In this document: piece after piece, positions 9,276 through 19,216 of the stretch
How positions within the stretch are numbered: the first letter of the stretch is position 1
Layout of the letters: each line of letters starts with the position of its first letter
DNA from: a bacterium
GTDB taxonomy: Bacteria; Fibrobacterota; Fibrobacteria; UBA11236
DNA: 64,000 bases
Assembly (NCBI GenBank): GCA_900299345.1
Contig: OMJM01000071.1
Coordinates: 1,985 to 65,984 of the forward strand
Direction of reading: 5' to 3'
Position numbers and translations under genes: made by a program
The notes under the pieces: model-generated
Database searches by the model: none
Told to the model about the DNA's origin: nothing
The model's input: only the letters and a program-made list of their open reading frames with translations

Positions 9276-9296
9276 TCTCGTCCACCTGATACGGAC

Positions 9297-9333
9297 AAAA
9301 CAGCCGGTGGTTAAAATTCACCGGCTGTTTCTT
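9297..9333. terminator. Probable bidirectional terminator
   Basis: aaaCAGCCGGTG-gttaaaatt-CACCGGCTGttt between convergent genes, overlapping the GATase stop. Confidence 0.8.
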
Positions 9334-10039
9334 TGGGATCAGACCTGCGCATCAATTCATGGCAGAGCGAAGCAACGAAACCATTGTTGGCTTTGAAATC
9401 CTCTGAGTGCCCTCTCATCTTTTCCGGCGTTTGCACATAACGCCCCCCCGCCTGAACTTCCTCGTCACCGTTTTCAATCCATGAGGAAATCACTTCAGGA
9501 AGAATCTCGGGATGAAATTGAAGTCCCACGGCCTGCTCGTTCCATACAAATCCCTGATGAGCGCAGCCTTCCGACTGGAATAGGAGCCGTGCACCGGAAG
9601 GGATGGAAAAAGTGTCTCCATGCCAGTGAAAGGTGTTGAACCGTTCCGGAAAAATTTTGGAAACCCATGAGGCTGAACCTTCCGAAACCTTCTCGACGGG
9701 GAACCAACCGATTTCCTTGTGCCCGTTGCGGGTCACTTGCCCACCCAATACTTCAGCCAGAAGTTGCGAGCCCAGACAGATGCCGAGGACCGGCCTTCCG
9801 GCCTCGAGCGCACGCTTGATCGCGTCTTTTTCCTGCTTGAGCCACGGAAATTTTTCTTCGTCATAGGTTCCCATCGGGCCGCCCATGATTACCAGCATGT
9901 CGAACGCGTCCGGAGCAGACGATGTTTCACCTTGAAACCAATGCGTATGGTTTACAGATGCCCCTGCTTCGCGGAACACGGATTCCATGGAACCCAATCC
10001 CTCGAAGGGGACATGTTGAAACACCTGAACGCGGAACAT
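9311..10039 (-). CDS. Type 1 glutamine amidotransferase (GMP-synthase-like, stand-alone)
   Basis: 'GICLGSQ' nucleophile elbow, 'QFHPE' His-Glu, 'HWHGD'. Confidence 0.9.
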   Translation of the reverse strand: MFRVQVFQHVPFEGLGSMESVFREAGASVNHTHWFQGETSSAPDAFDMLVIMGGPMGTYDEEKFPWLKQEKDAIKRALEAGRPVLGICLGSQLLAEVLGGQVTRNGHKEIGWFPVEKVSEGSASWVSKIFPERFNTFHWHGDTFSIPSGARLLFQSEGCAHQGFVWNEQAVGLQFHPEILPEVISSWIENGDEEVQAGGRYVQTPEKMRGHSEDFKANNGFVASLCHELMRRSDPKETAGEF

Positions 10040-10079
10040 TATGCTGTTGCCAATCTACATTGTTGCCTCCGGAATCCAG

Positions 10080-12500
10080 ATGCTGTCAAAAATCGGGAGT
10101 TGCGCAATGCTGGCCATTGGGTGGAGTTCGGCCGCCGGGGTCATTCATTTGAATGCAACGTTGACCGATTCCGCTTTTTCCGTTTCGGGAAAATACCAGA
10201 TCGAAGTATTGGAAACGGGCGACACCTTGCGAATCGAACCCGGTCAAAAATTTTCATTCGCACTTCCTCCCGATTCACTGTGGACCTTGTGCGCCAAAAA
10301 AGGCGACACGGCGGGCGCCTACGAGAAATGTTTTGAAATTCGACGTCCCGGGAAAGATTCGGTGATTGAAGCGAAGCTTGAAGGAACGGGCGCATTTTTG
10401 GCCCAACCTGAAGTCGATCTCGCCACAGCGGCAACCGTGGCCTCCGCAAACGTTACGACCGAGGAAGGTCCCGCAGGAGATACTGAAACAGAATCCGTCC
10501 GCTTGCAGAAGGTAATGTTGCGCGCCCAACGCACACCCAAGCGCGCTCTGGGTCGACAGACCGTTTCCGCCAAGCTGATCAAGCGCATGCCCGGCCTGGC
10601 TGAAGCGGACGTGATCCGTTCGATCCAAGGCCTGCCCGGCGTGGTGTCAAGTTCTGATTTCTCCACCAAGATCTACGTGCGCGGCGGCGGCAGCGATCAG
10701 AACCTCATCCTCTTCGACAATGCACCGGTCTATTCTCCGGTGCATTTCTTTGGATTGTTCTCCACGTTTCTCGTCAACGGCATTCAAGATGTGACCTTTT
10801 ACAAGAGCGGATTCCCCGCAGAATATGGAAACCGGCTTTCCTCGGTGCTCGACGTGCGATCACGGCGTGGCGGGCGGGATAGTTCGAATTCCCTGTTCAA
10901 AGGTTCGTCCGTACAGATCAGCACTGTGGCCACCTCGGCTCACACTGAAGGCCATCAAGGACCGGTGCGCTGGCTGTGGGCGGGGCGCACGACGTACATC
11001 AAACAGGTGGTGGACTTCCTTAGGGAGCGCGGCGCCATTGATTTGGTACTCGACTATTACTTCTACGACCTTCAGGGCAACATGGCCTATGCGTTGGGTC
11101 CCGATGCCGAAGCCTCCTTCTCGGTGTATCAAGGGCGTGACCGCCTGAATTTCGATCCTTTCCTTGTGGAATGGGGGAACACCGTCATTCCCATAAATTT
11201 CAAGTGGAAACACTCGGATGGCTGGACATATCGTACCACTCTTGCCTACAGCCTGATGAGTCAGACTTTCGGCCTCACCAGCATCTTCGAGTTCTATAAC
11301 CGCATTGCCACATGGCAGGCCAAGCAGAGCGCCGAATACTCAGGCCTGGAGGGGCACCGTTTGACCTTTGGCGAAGAGGCCAGCGGGATGCAAACCATTT
11401 TCCGGAACAGCCAGTATGTGGCCCGGCTGACGTTCCGTGATCAGACGGATTTTCTCCTGGTCAGCCTCTTCATGCAGGACAAATGGTCTCCCGGAAAATG
11501 GGAGATCACGCCGGGTCTCCGACTGAACTATGCTTCGACGCTGGAAGCTCCTCAGGCGGAACCACGTCTGTCTGTGAAGTATTCCCTGCCCGCCAAACAG
11601 ACCTTGGACTTCCACGCCGGATACTATCTCCAGTACATCAACTCCATCTTGTTCGGGGATCAGGAAAGCATCAATGAGTTTTACTACCCGGCCAAGAAGG
11701 TGAAGTATCGCACCGTCGAACCCACGGCATCGGTGCTATTGGCTGCGGGATATTCAAAGGAACAGATCTTCAATCAATTCGACTTCTCGCTCGAAGGATA
11801 TTATAAGTCGCTGTATCACCTGCTGATCTTCGCCCCCAACGAAAAACCCGATTCCATCCTGTTCGATACGCAAAGGGATTTGGGCGATCTTTTCGACGAG
11901 GCGGAAGGGTATTCCTTGGGATACGAAGCCTCGTTGCGCCGTCCCGTGGGAACGTTGTTCGGAGGATTGAGCTACTCGCACGGTTATTCGGTGATTCGTG
12001 AAAACGTTTTCCGGGAACCCTATTACCCGAAGTGGCATCAACCACACAGTTTCAAGGCGGATCTGGCTGTCAACTGGAAAGGTGCGGACGGTATCTGGGC
12101 ATCGAAGAAAAAAGGAGGGTATTTCCGATCCTCTACGCAGGTGAAATACGCCACGGGCCTTCCCTACACCGAATATTCCGGATACGCTCCATCCCACCTC
12201 ATCGATCAAAACGATGGCCGCATGGCTGGAGGTCCAAATCCGGAATTCGAGGGTAACCTGAATGTGATGCGCGCGGGCTACAACGAGGCGGTCGTTCCGC
12301 CCTATTTCCGCTGGGACGTAAAACCCGTGGATTGGGGGCGGGAAGGAAAATGGAATTTTTCCTTTACCATTCTCAATGTCACCAATCACAAGAATGTGTT
12401 CTTCTATACGTATGATCGGCAGCAAAATCCTCCGGAACGAATCACCATCACTCAATTTCCCTTCTTCCCTTTTCTGTTGAGCTATGAGTACACGTTCTAG
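10080..12500 (+). CDS. TonB-dependent receptor (plug plus barrel)
   Basis: Plug motifs 'DVIRSIQGLPGV', 'VRGGGSDQNLILFDNAPVYSPVHFFGLFS'; C-terminal F (SYEYTF); start chosen at 10080. Confidence 0.85.
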   Translation: MLSKIGSCAMLAIGWSSAAGVIHLNATLTDSAFSVSGKYQIEVLETGDTLRIEPGQKFSFALPPDSLWTLCAKKGDTAGAYEKCFEIRRPGKDSVIEAKLEGTGAFLAQPEVDLATAATVASANVTTEEGPAGDTETESVRLQKVMLRAQRTPKRALGRQTVSAKLIKRMPGLAEADVIRSIQGLPGVVSSSDFSTKIYVRGGGSDQNLILFDNAPVYSPVHFFGLFSTFLVNGIQDVTFYKSGFPAEYGNRLSSVLDVRSRRGGRDSSNSLFKGSSVQISTVATSAHTEGHQGPVRWLWAGRTTYIKQVVDFLRERGAIDLVLDYYFYDLQGNMAYALGPDAEASFSVYQGRDRLNFDPFLVEWGNTVIPINFKWKHSDGWTYRTTLAYSLMSQTFGLTSIFEFYNRIATWQAKQSAEYSGLEGHRLTFGEEASGMQTIFRNSQYVARLTFRDQTDFLLVSLFMQDKWSPGKWEITPGLRLNYASTLEAPQAEPRLSVKYSLPAKQTLDFHAGYYLQYINSILFGDQESINEFYYPAKKVKYRTVEPTASVLLAAGYSKEQIFNQFDFSLEGYYKSLYHLLIFAPNEKPDSILFDTQRDLGDLFDEAEGYSLGYEASLRRPVGTLFGGLSYSHGYSVIRENVFREPYYPKWHQPHSFKADLAVNWKGADGIWASKKKGGYFRSSTQVKYATGLPYTEYSGYAPSHLIDQNDGRMAGGPNPEFEGNLNVMRAGYNEAVVPPYFRWDVKPVDWGREGKWNFSFTILNVTNHKNVFFYTYDRQQNPPERITITQFPFFPFLLSYEYTF

Positions 12501-14007
12501 CATTCGCTTCGCGGCCATCGCGATTCTAGCGATATTGGCGGGATGCATTCTCCCCGGTCCTTGGGATTACACTCCCAAGAACGAACCCGTCTTCCGCGGC
12601 ATCTGGATGTCGGCCTATGCCGTCGCGGATCGACCTGTGCAGAATGTGTGCTTTGAAAGATTTCTGAATCTCGACGAAGGCCACACCGATGCATTCGCCT
12701 TCTACGACAGTGCCTCCGTGGGAATCGAGGGAACCTTTTCCACCGGTGGAACAACCTTGATACTCCAGCCGCTTTACAACACTCCGAATTGCTTTTCGGG
12801 AAATCCTGGCGTCCGTTTCGTACGCGGTAGCGTCTACACATTAACCGCGCGCATTGTGTGGGACAGCGCCGGGAAAGAGGTGACGACCATCCTTCGATCC
12901 ACGGCGCGCATCCCGCAAAGCTTCCGGGTTTCAGACACCGCACGAGCGCCGAAAATCGCGCAGATCGGCGTGGCGTACGTCAAAAACCTCGACACCAACG
13001 TGGAGCATCTCAAGAATGACCTGTTCACGTATCATAAAAATGATTCCGTGTTCTACATCGGCGGCACCTCCAGCATGAACAATCTGTCCCACTTTTTCGG
13101 CTCAGTGCGCAGCGAAGACGTGAACGGGGTTTTGATCACTCAACGCTACGATACTTTGGCAGGACGCCCCGCCACCTCCTTCGACAGCATTCTCGGCATC
13201 AAGCCCGACACGTCCCAGTTCTATTATCCGGGCGATCACCGCCGTCTCATACTGTACCCGAAAACCATCAGCCAGAACGGCTATCAATCGCTCGATTCCA
13301 TGGGTGTTGTCAATGCATGGTACTGGTCGGGGCGTAATCGCCTGTATTTCTATGGTGTGGAAAAAGCCTACACGGACTACGCCTTCAGCAACATCAATGA
13401 ACCGGGCGGCGGACCTGTGGACGAGAATCCCAAAATCCAGACACTCACCAACGTGACCGGAGGAAGGGGATTCTTCGCCGGGATGATTGTGGACTCTTTC
13501 GATGTATTCGTAAAGACGGATCCATTGACTCAGGTCTATCCCTATGCCGCCACTCGCGCCTACACGTGTCGCGACAACGGCTGGTTCGAAAGTCGTGACT
13601 GCGCGGGATGGTATCATGAATTCTGCTCTGACAACGGATGGAAGCGCGAGGACTGCCAGTTGGATGCCATCTATACATGGGGTCCCGTCTGTGACAATCC
13701 GTCCACACGTTCATCTGCACCCCCCGGCCTTTGTGATTCGGTGAAATCCTATCAGAAGGACACTTTACTGGGAGTCGAGGCCTTGACACGTTATTGCATC
13801 GACCACAACTACCCGGCTGATTTTCCGGGTTGCACGGATATCAAGCAAGAATGCGAACAGGGAAAACCCGGCAATGGATGCCAGCTCATTCTCTGGAAAA
13901 GCTGTGAACTGAACTACTGGAAACCCGCCCCCTGCGTGGAAGGCCGCAAGTCCTATTGCCGCGAGAACGGCGACGTGCAGAAGGAATTATGCCGGGGCGT
14001 TAACTGA
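12484..14007 (+). CDS. Lipoprotein (DUF4249-like) with a Cys-rich C-terminal extension
   Basis: Lipobox LAGC; overlaps the TBDR stop; 'GGRGFFAG' near the end of the core; 14 Cys in the last 146 aa. Confidence 0.6.
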   Translation: MSTRSSIRFAAIAILAILAGCILPGPWDYTPKNEPVFRGIWMSAYAVADRPVQNVCFERFLNLDEGHTDAFAFYDSASVGIEGTFSTGGTTLILQPLYNTPNCFSGNPGVRFVRGSVYTLTARIVWDSAGKEVTTILRSTARIPQSFRVSDTARAPKIAQIGVAYVKNLDTNVEHLKNDLFTYHKNDSVFYIGGTSSMNNLSHFFGSVRSEDVNGVLITQRYDTLAGRPATSFDSILGIKPDTSQFYYPGDHRRLILYPKTISQNGYQSLDSMGVVNAWYWSGRNRLYFYGVEKAYTDYAFSNINEPGGGPVDENPKIQTLTNVTGGRGFFAGMIVDSFDVFVKTDPLTQVYPYAATRAYTCRDNGWFESRDCAGWYHEFCSDNGWKREDCQLDAIYTWGPVCDNPSTRSSAPPGLCDSVKSYQKDTLLGVEALTRYCIDHNYPADFPGCTDIKQECEQGKPGNGCQLILWKSCELNYWKPAPCVEGRKSYCRENGDVQKELCRGVN

Positions 14008-14026
14008 CGGTGTGAAAGGATAGACA

Positions 14027-14875
14027 ATGAACTACTGGAAACCCACCGCGATTGCATTGCTGCTTTTTGGGGCCGCCATCGGCCATTCTCAGGATACAGA
14101 CGCGGAAACCGCGCGCCTGAAGGACGAGATCACGCGCCTCAAGCGCGACATCCGGAGAACCGATGCGGACCTGCAACGCACGGATTCCCTCGCTCACGAA
14201 GAGGCCGACGCTGCCGCCAAAAATCTCGAGCGCTGGAAAGTGGATCGGGCGCGTCGAGAAAAAGAAAACCAGGAGTTGAACTCCCGCGTTCAAGCCACCC
14301 GTTCCAAAATCGCTGCAGAACAGGAACGCGCCCGCGGCTATCTCAACGGCGTGGAAGAATTGAAAGTGCGTGACAAAATCATCCTCGCAAGGCTCTCCGC
14401 GTTCGCGGATTCCCTGCTGGCACGCGTGGAATCGGGTCCGCCGTGGGATTTGGAAGCGCGACGGGATCGCATCCTGTCGTTGAAACGCGACGTCGAGGGT
14501 GGGCAGGCTGCGCCCGAGGAAATCTTCGGCCGACTCGCCGCACTCTTCAAGGAAGAGATCAAGAATGGAGACGAGGTCGCCCTGTTCAGCAGGCCCGTGA
14601 CCCGGCAGAACGGAGAAATCGTCAATGCCCAGTTGCTGAAGATCGGCAACCAGATGATCGCTTACATGGATGACGAAAGTGGAAAATTCGGAACCCTGGA
14701 ACGCCGGTTCGAAAATGGAAAAATCACGTATGTGTGGAACGAGAATCTGGATTTCAGTCAACGCAACGCCATCAAACTTGCGCTATCCGTCAAATCAGGT
14801 CGTGAAGCACCCCAACTGGTGCCACTGGACATTCGGCTAATGCTAGACTCCTCCGTCACGCAGGGAGGCCGCTAA
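14027..14875 (+). CDS. DUF3450/TtpB-like periplasmic coiled-coil protein
   Basis: Signal peptide, long coiled coil, 'PPWDLEARRDRI', 'LKIGNQMIAY'; lies directly before ExbB. Confidence 0.7.
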   Translation: MNYWKPTAIALLLFGAAIGHSQDTDAETARLKDEITRLKRDIRRTDADLQRTDSLAHEEADAAAKNLERWKVDRARREKENQELNSRVQATRSKIAAEQERARGYLNGVEELKVRDKIILARLSAFADSLLARVESGPPWDLEARRDRILSLKRDVEGGQAAPEEIFGRLAALFKEEIKNGDEVALFSRPVTRQNGEIVNAQLLKIGNQMIAYMDDESGKFGTLERRFENGKITYVWNENLDFSQRNAIKLALSVKSGREAPQLVPLDIRLMLDSSVTQGGR

Positions 14876-16356
14876 TGCGTAACTCTCTATTAGTTCTATT
14901 CACCTTCGCCACAATATTGTCGGCCAAGGAAGACAAGGCAGCCGCTGCATTACGGGAACTGGACAATCTGAAACGCGAAGTCGCGGCGCTGGAATCGATC
15001 CGAACCGAAAAGCTGGATTCTCTGGAACAGAAGGAGTCCATCCGCTGGGAGACGCGCTACAAGGCAACCGCCAAAGCCAAGGAAGCCGAAGATCAGGCGC
15101 GAATTATGGAAGAGGCCTTTGGCCGACTCGCCGCGGACGCAAGCCGGCTCGAAGAGGACCTCGTGAAAGCCCGTAACGACGCAGATGAAAAGAAGGAAGT
15201 TTTGTCCGCGGCAAAAGATGCGCACAATGCCTTTGTCGCGCAGGTCAAACGCCGTGTGGATGAGGCCGCCTCGTCCGTTTCATCCGATTTCCCAGTTGGA
15301 ATTGATACGCGAACCTTGGCCTACTCCCAAGCCTCCCAGGCATTGTCCGCAAAAGAACCGGATGTGAATGGTGCCATCGACCTCTTCCTCCACGCACATC
15401 TCGACCGCTTCGATCTCACCTTGACTCAATCGCTTGAAACCCGGCAAACCGTATTCGAAGACGGTCACGCGGCCAGCGCGTGGAGACTCCGGCTCGGCAC
15501 AGTATTCACCGGCGAACTGGAAAAAGAAGGAACCGGAGCTTCACAAATCCTTTTGCGCACAGGCAGTCTGCAAGGCCGCACTTTTACTTGGCGGCAAAAT
15601 CTGGCGCGTGACTACAACACCCGTCTGCGTGATGCGGTTTTGGCCGCGGCTGGAGGCAAAGAGCACGCCGTGCTACCCATGGACGTGCTGCAGTTCAAAA
15701 GCGCGGGTTCGGGATTCGTGCGCGGCGGAGAGCAATCGATTAACAAGAGATTCATTGTTTGGTTCAAGGCGGGCGGCATTGTCCTCTATCCCCTGTTTGC
15801 CGTGGGATTGCTCGCATTGCTCATGATTCTGGAGCGCCTGTACTTCTTCGCCAGACGCGCCACCGATCCGGAAGCGTTCATGAAAAAATTTCTCGTGTTT
15901 GCCGAGCGGAAGGATTGGAAGGGTGCGGAAAACCTCTGCACGGATTCTCACAGCAGTCTGGCAAAAGTCCTGCAGGCCGTGGCCGCCAACGCGAACTCCA
16001 CGCGCGAAACGGCAGAGAAAGCCGTGCGCGAAGCCATGCTCAAGGAAATCCCGGGACATGAGAAACGATTGTCTTTGCTGGCCGCAATGGGTACTGCGGC
16101 ACCCTTGCTGGGCTTGCTTGGCACCGTGTCGGGCTTGGTGACCTTGTTCAAAGTGTTGAACCAACTCGGAACCAACGATCCCAAGGTGCTGGCCGGAGGA
16201 ATTTCCGAAGCGCTGGTCAATACCGAAACCGGTCTCGCCATTGCCATTCCCGTGTTGCTCATCCACGGCTGGCTGCAAGAACGCGTGGATACGCTCAACG
16301 CCACCTTGTCGGCGCGCAGTCTCGAAGTGATGAACAAGAACTGGCCGGAGGCCTGA
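14875..16356 (+). CDS. Long MotA/TolQ/ExbB protein with a periplasmic N-terminal extension (TtpC-like)
   Basis: Signal peptide, coiled coil, then 'APLLGLLGTVSGL' and 'GGISEALVNTETGL'. Confidence 0.85.
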   Translation: MRNSLLVLFTFATILSAKEDKAAAALRELDNLKREVAALESIRTEKLDSLEQKESIRWETRYKATAKAKEAEDQARIMEEAFGRLAADASRLEEDLVKARNDADEKKEVLSAAKDAHNAFVAQVKRRVDEAASSVSSDFPVGIDTRTLAYSQASQALSAKEPDVNGAIDLFLHAHLDRFDLTLTQSLETRQTVFEDGHAASAWRLRLGTVFTGELEKEGTGASQILLRTGSLQGRTFTWRQNLARDYNTRLRDAVLAAAGGKEHAVLPMDVLQFKSAGSGFVRGGEQSINKRFIVWFKAGGIVLYPLFAVGLLALLMILERLYFFARRATDPEAFMKKFLVFAERKDWKGAENLCTDSHSSLAKVLQAVAANANSTRETAEKAVREAMLKEIPGHEKRLSLLAAMGTAAPLLGLLGTVSGLVTLFKVLNQLGTNDPKVLAGGISEALVNTETGLAIAIPVLLIHGWLQERVDTLNATLSARSLEVMNKNWPEA

Positions 16357-16360
16357 GACC

Positions 16361-16993
16361 GTGTTCGCAATCATACTGGAAACCTGGGAACGCGGCGGCA
16401 TCGTCCTCGCCGCGATTTTCCTTGCGGGGTTCTGGGGATTTTTCCTCGTGCTGCAAACCTATACAGGATTGGGTTCCGGACTCTGGAGAACCAGCCTGAT
16501 CTCCCGCTTCGAAGAATTGCGCGACCTCGTGGCACGTGGGAATACCACGGAGGCATTGTCCCGTGCACGACAGCTCCCCGGACTCGCCCGCTATGGCATC
16601 AATCTGGCTCTGGAGCATCAAAATCTTCCGGAACCGGCCGTGCGTCATCTGCTCGAGGAAAAATTATCCCACCGGCTTTTTCACATGGAGCGACATATCC
16701 CATTAATCAAGTCTCTCGCCGCCGCCGCGCCTCTTCTCGGCCTTATGGGAACCGTGAGCGGCCTCATCCACACCTTCAAAACCATGACGGAATACGGAGG
16801 CGGGAACGCGCAACTGTTGGCTCAAGGGATCTCGGAGGCGTTGATCGCCACGCAAACCGGATTACTCGTGGCTGTCGCTTTGATTCTCCTTGGACAGCGG
16901 CTGGAAGGCCGCGTCACCTGGCTTAAACACCAGGTCGAGTATGGAGTCACCTTGATGTTGAATCTTCTTCATGCACCCGAAAGGAAGGCTTGA
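16361..16993 (+). CDS. exbB: MotA/TolQ/ExbB proton channel protein
   Basis: 'APLLGLMGTVSGLI', 'GISEALIATQTGL'. Confidence 0.85.
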   Translation: MFAIILETWERGGIVLAAIFLAGFWGFFLVLQTYTGLGSGLWRTSLISRFEELRDLVARGNTTEALSRARQLPGLARYGINLALEHQNLPEPAVRHLLEEKLSHRLFHMERHIPLIKSLAAAAPLLGLMGTVSGLIHTFKTMTEYGGGNAQLLAQGISEALIATQTGLLVAVALILLGQRLEGRVTWLKHQVEYGVTLMLNLLHAPERKA

Positions 16994-16994
16994 A

Positions 16995-17402
16995 ATGGAT
17001 CCCTTTCTCATCCCGGCGCGGCGCAAGAGCGCCTTTCACATCGACGTGGTGCCACTGATCGACGTCGTATTCGTGATCCTGATCTTCACCATCCTCAGCT
17101 CCACGCTGGCGCAACAGACCGGTGTGGATGTGGACAAGCCACAGGCCCAGTCCGCCGGAGAGTTGAACCGGCAAAGCATCATGGTCGCCATTACCCGCGA
17201 CGGCACGCTACATGTCAATGAACGACAAGTGGACCTCGAAGGCCTGCAGGACGTGCTGAAACGCCTACTACTGCGCAATGTCACGGGAGAGATCATCCTG
17301 ATTGCGGACAAGGAGTCGAACACGGGGCTGCTGATCAACGTGATGGATGCGTGTAATCTCGCGGGTGCCAAAAAAATTTCCGTGGCTGCGCTTTCCAAAT
17401 GA
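16995..17402 (+). CDS. exbD: Biopolymer transport protein ExbD
   Basis: 'VPLIDVVFVILIF' TM Asp motif; 'ADKESNTG..INVMD'. Confidence 0.9.
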   Translation: MDPFLIPARRKSAFHIDVVPLIDVVFVILIFTILSSTLAQQTGVDVDKPQAQSAGELNRQSIMVAITRDGTLHVNERQVDLEGLQDVLKRLLLRNVTGEIILIADKESNTGLLINVMDACNLAGAKKISVAALSK

Positions 17403-17412
17403 GGAAGACCCG

Positions 17413-18048
17413 GTGAAGCGTTTTCTTCGCAATCTGTTTCTCGGCGCCATCGCCGCCATCCTCGCGGGCCTCGCCACCGTGGCGCTGCCTTTGTTGCATT
17501 ACGCAATGAATCCTCCGACGAAGAAAACCGCTCCGCGTATCGCCGCTCAGGTCAGCCTTAAATCCATGGAGCCCCAACGTCCGGAGACGAAACCCCAACG
17601 TGCCTTGCGGCAACCCCAACGCGCCCGACCCGCGCCCACATTATTGAAACCCGGCCCTCGGTTCGCCATGGAATTGGGTGTGCTGGGCGGTGGCTCCGTC
17701 GCACCCGCTGAACTGGCGAACCGGAAAAGCGGTGGCGGTGGAAAAGGCGCACAGGGTGACGAGGGTGTGGATGAACGCCCTGCCCCGTCATTCCCTCCAC
17801 CCTTTCGTATGCCCCCCGAGGTGAAGTCACAGGAAAAGGATGCCTACCTGGCGCTCTCCTTTTGCGTGGATGTTTCAGGTCGGCCTTACGACATCCGCAT
17901 TACCGAGGAACGTCCACCCGGTTTGGGCATGGCTAATGCAGGACGCGAGGCACTGCAACAAACCCGTTTTACCACCGCGAAAAAAGGCGGGGTGCCGGTT
18001 CCCTTCTGCGGTCTGGAACAACCCTTCGAAGTTCGCTTTTCGAATTGA
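17413..18048 (+). CDS. tonB: Energy transducer TonB
   Basis: N-terminal TM, Pro-rich linker, TonB C-terminal domain 'FCVDVSGRPYDIRI...RFTTAKKGG'; GTG start with GAGGA RBS. Confidence 0.8.
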   Translation: MKRFLRNLFLGAIAAILAGLATVALPLLHYAMNPPTKKTAPRIAAQVSLKSMEPQRPETKPQRALRQPQRARPAPTLLKPGPRFAMELGVLGGGSVAPAELANRKSGGGGKGAQGDEGVDERPAPSFPPPFRMPPEVKSQEKDAYLALSFCVDVSGRPYDIRITEERPPGLGMANAGREALQQTRFTTAKKGGVPVPFCGLEQPFEVRFSN

Positions 18049-19166
18049 TGACTATGAAACCCATTATCGTATTATCCGTTGCAATCGTATCGCTGTTTGG
18101 ACGTCCTGAAGAACGCTCCAACGGAGGGATCGATTCTACCGTGACGGATTCGGTGGCTGTGCGTTTTATTTCAGCCAACGCTTTGATGCAACGCGGAAAC
18201 GACCTATATAACCGCAACGAATTCTCCAAGGCTTTGCTGATTTATCAACGCGCGGAAGAACGCGGTGCGGAACCGGCCACGGCGGCCTTCAATCAGGGAA
18301 ATTGCCTGTTCCGCCTGAACCATCTTCCACAAGCGGCAGCGCGATTCCGCAAGGCTGTAAGACTCAGTGAAGGGAAACTGCTGGCAGCCCAACTCAATCT
18401 CGCGGCGGTGCTGTTCCGAATGGAGCAATACGGCGAATCCATCGCCGCCTACCATCGCGCGCTGGAACGCGATCCGGAAAACCTCAGCGCATGGCTGTAT
18501 CTCGCGGATGCCTGCGTCCGTATCAAGGATTATGTCGGTGCGCTCCGCGCCATGGAGACCGCGCGCAAACTCGACTCCGGAGACGTGTCGCTCGTCTACC
18601 AAACAGCTGAAATACACGCGTCGCTCAAGGAATATGGCAAGGCGGTTTCGCTTGTCCGCGAAGCGTTCACACGCAAACCCTCCGAAGTGGATTTCCTCTT
18701 CTATATCGGCGACTTGCAACGTGCGGATGGAAAACTCTCCGAAGCCGCAGCCGCTTACCGCGAGGGACTTGCGCTCAAGGAAACCGATACCGACGCTCTT
18801 TACAAGCTTGCGGATGTACTGGCGCAGGACGGCAAGCCATTCATTGCCATGGATTATCTGCAAAAAGCCTTGGCAATCAAACCTGACTTCTCAGACGCGG
18901 CCGTGTTCCTCGGCAACCTCGCCTTTGACGCAAAATGGTGGGAACGCAGCGAGGAAACATACCGGCAAGCCGCACAACACGGGAACAAGGAAGGCATCGA
19001 AGGATTGCGCAACATTGCCTACGAGTTCCATCGCCAAAATCGCAATGCCGATGCCGCATCATTGTTGGAACGCGCGCTTGCCTTGCGCCCCGATGATCGG
19101 GATTTGAAGGCCGAAGCCGTGCAATATCGCGATCTCGCTTCCGCACCAAAATCCTCGGGGAAATAA
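18045..19166 (+). CDS. Secreted TPR-repeat protein (TtpD-like)
   Basis: Signal-like N-terminus; about eight TPR helical pairs; ATGA overlap with tonB. Confidence 0.8.
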   Translation: MMTMKPIIVLSVAIVSLFGRPEERSNGGIDSTVTDSVAVRFISANALMQRGNDLYNRNEFSKALLIYQRAEERGAEPATAAFNQGNCLFRLNHLPQAAARFRKAVRLSEGKLLAAQLNLAAVLFRMEQYGESIAAYHRALERDPENLSAWLYLADACVRIKDYVGALRAMETARKLDSGDVSLVYQTAEIHASLKEYGKAVSLVREAFTRKPSEVDFLFYIGDLQRADGKLSEAAAAYREGLALKETDTDALYKLADVLAQDGKPFIAMDYLQKALAIKPDFSDAAVFLGNLAFDAKWWERSEETYRQAAQHGNKEGIEGLRNIAYEFHRQNRNADAASLLERALALRPDDRDLKAEAVQYRDLASAPKSSGK

Positions 19167-19196
19167 AAAAGCCACGGGAGAAATCCCGTGGCTTTT
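19165..19196. terminator. Bidirectional terminator
   Basis: aaaaGCCACGGGA-gaaa-TCCCGTGGCtttt between convergent genes. Confidence 0.9.
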
Positions 19197-19216
19197 CAAA
19201 TCAGATGAAATGAGGA

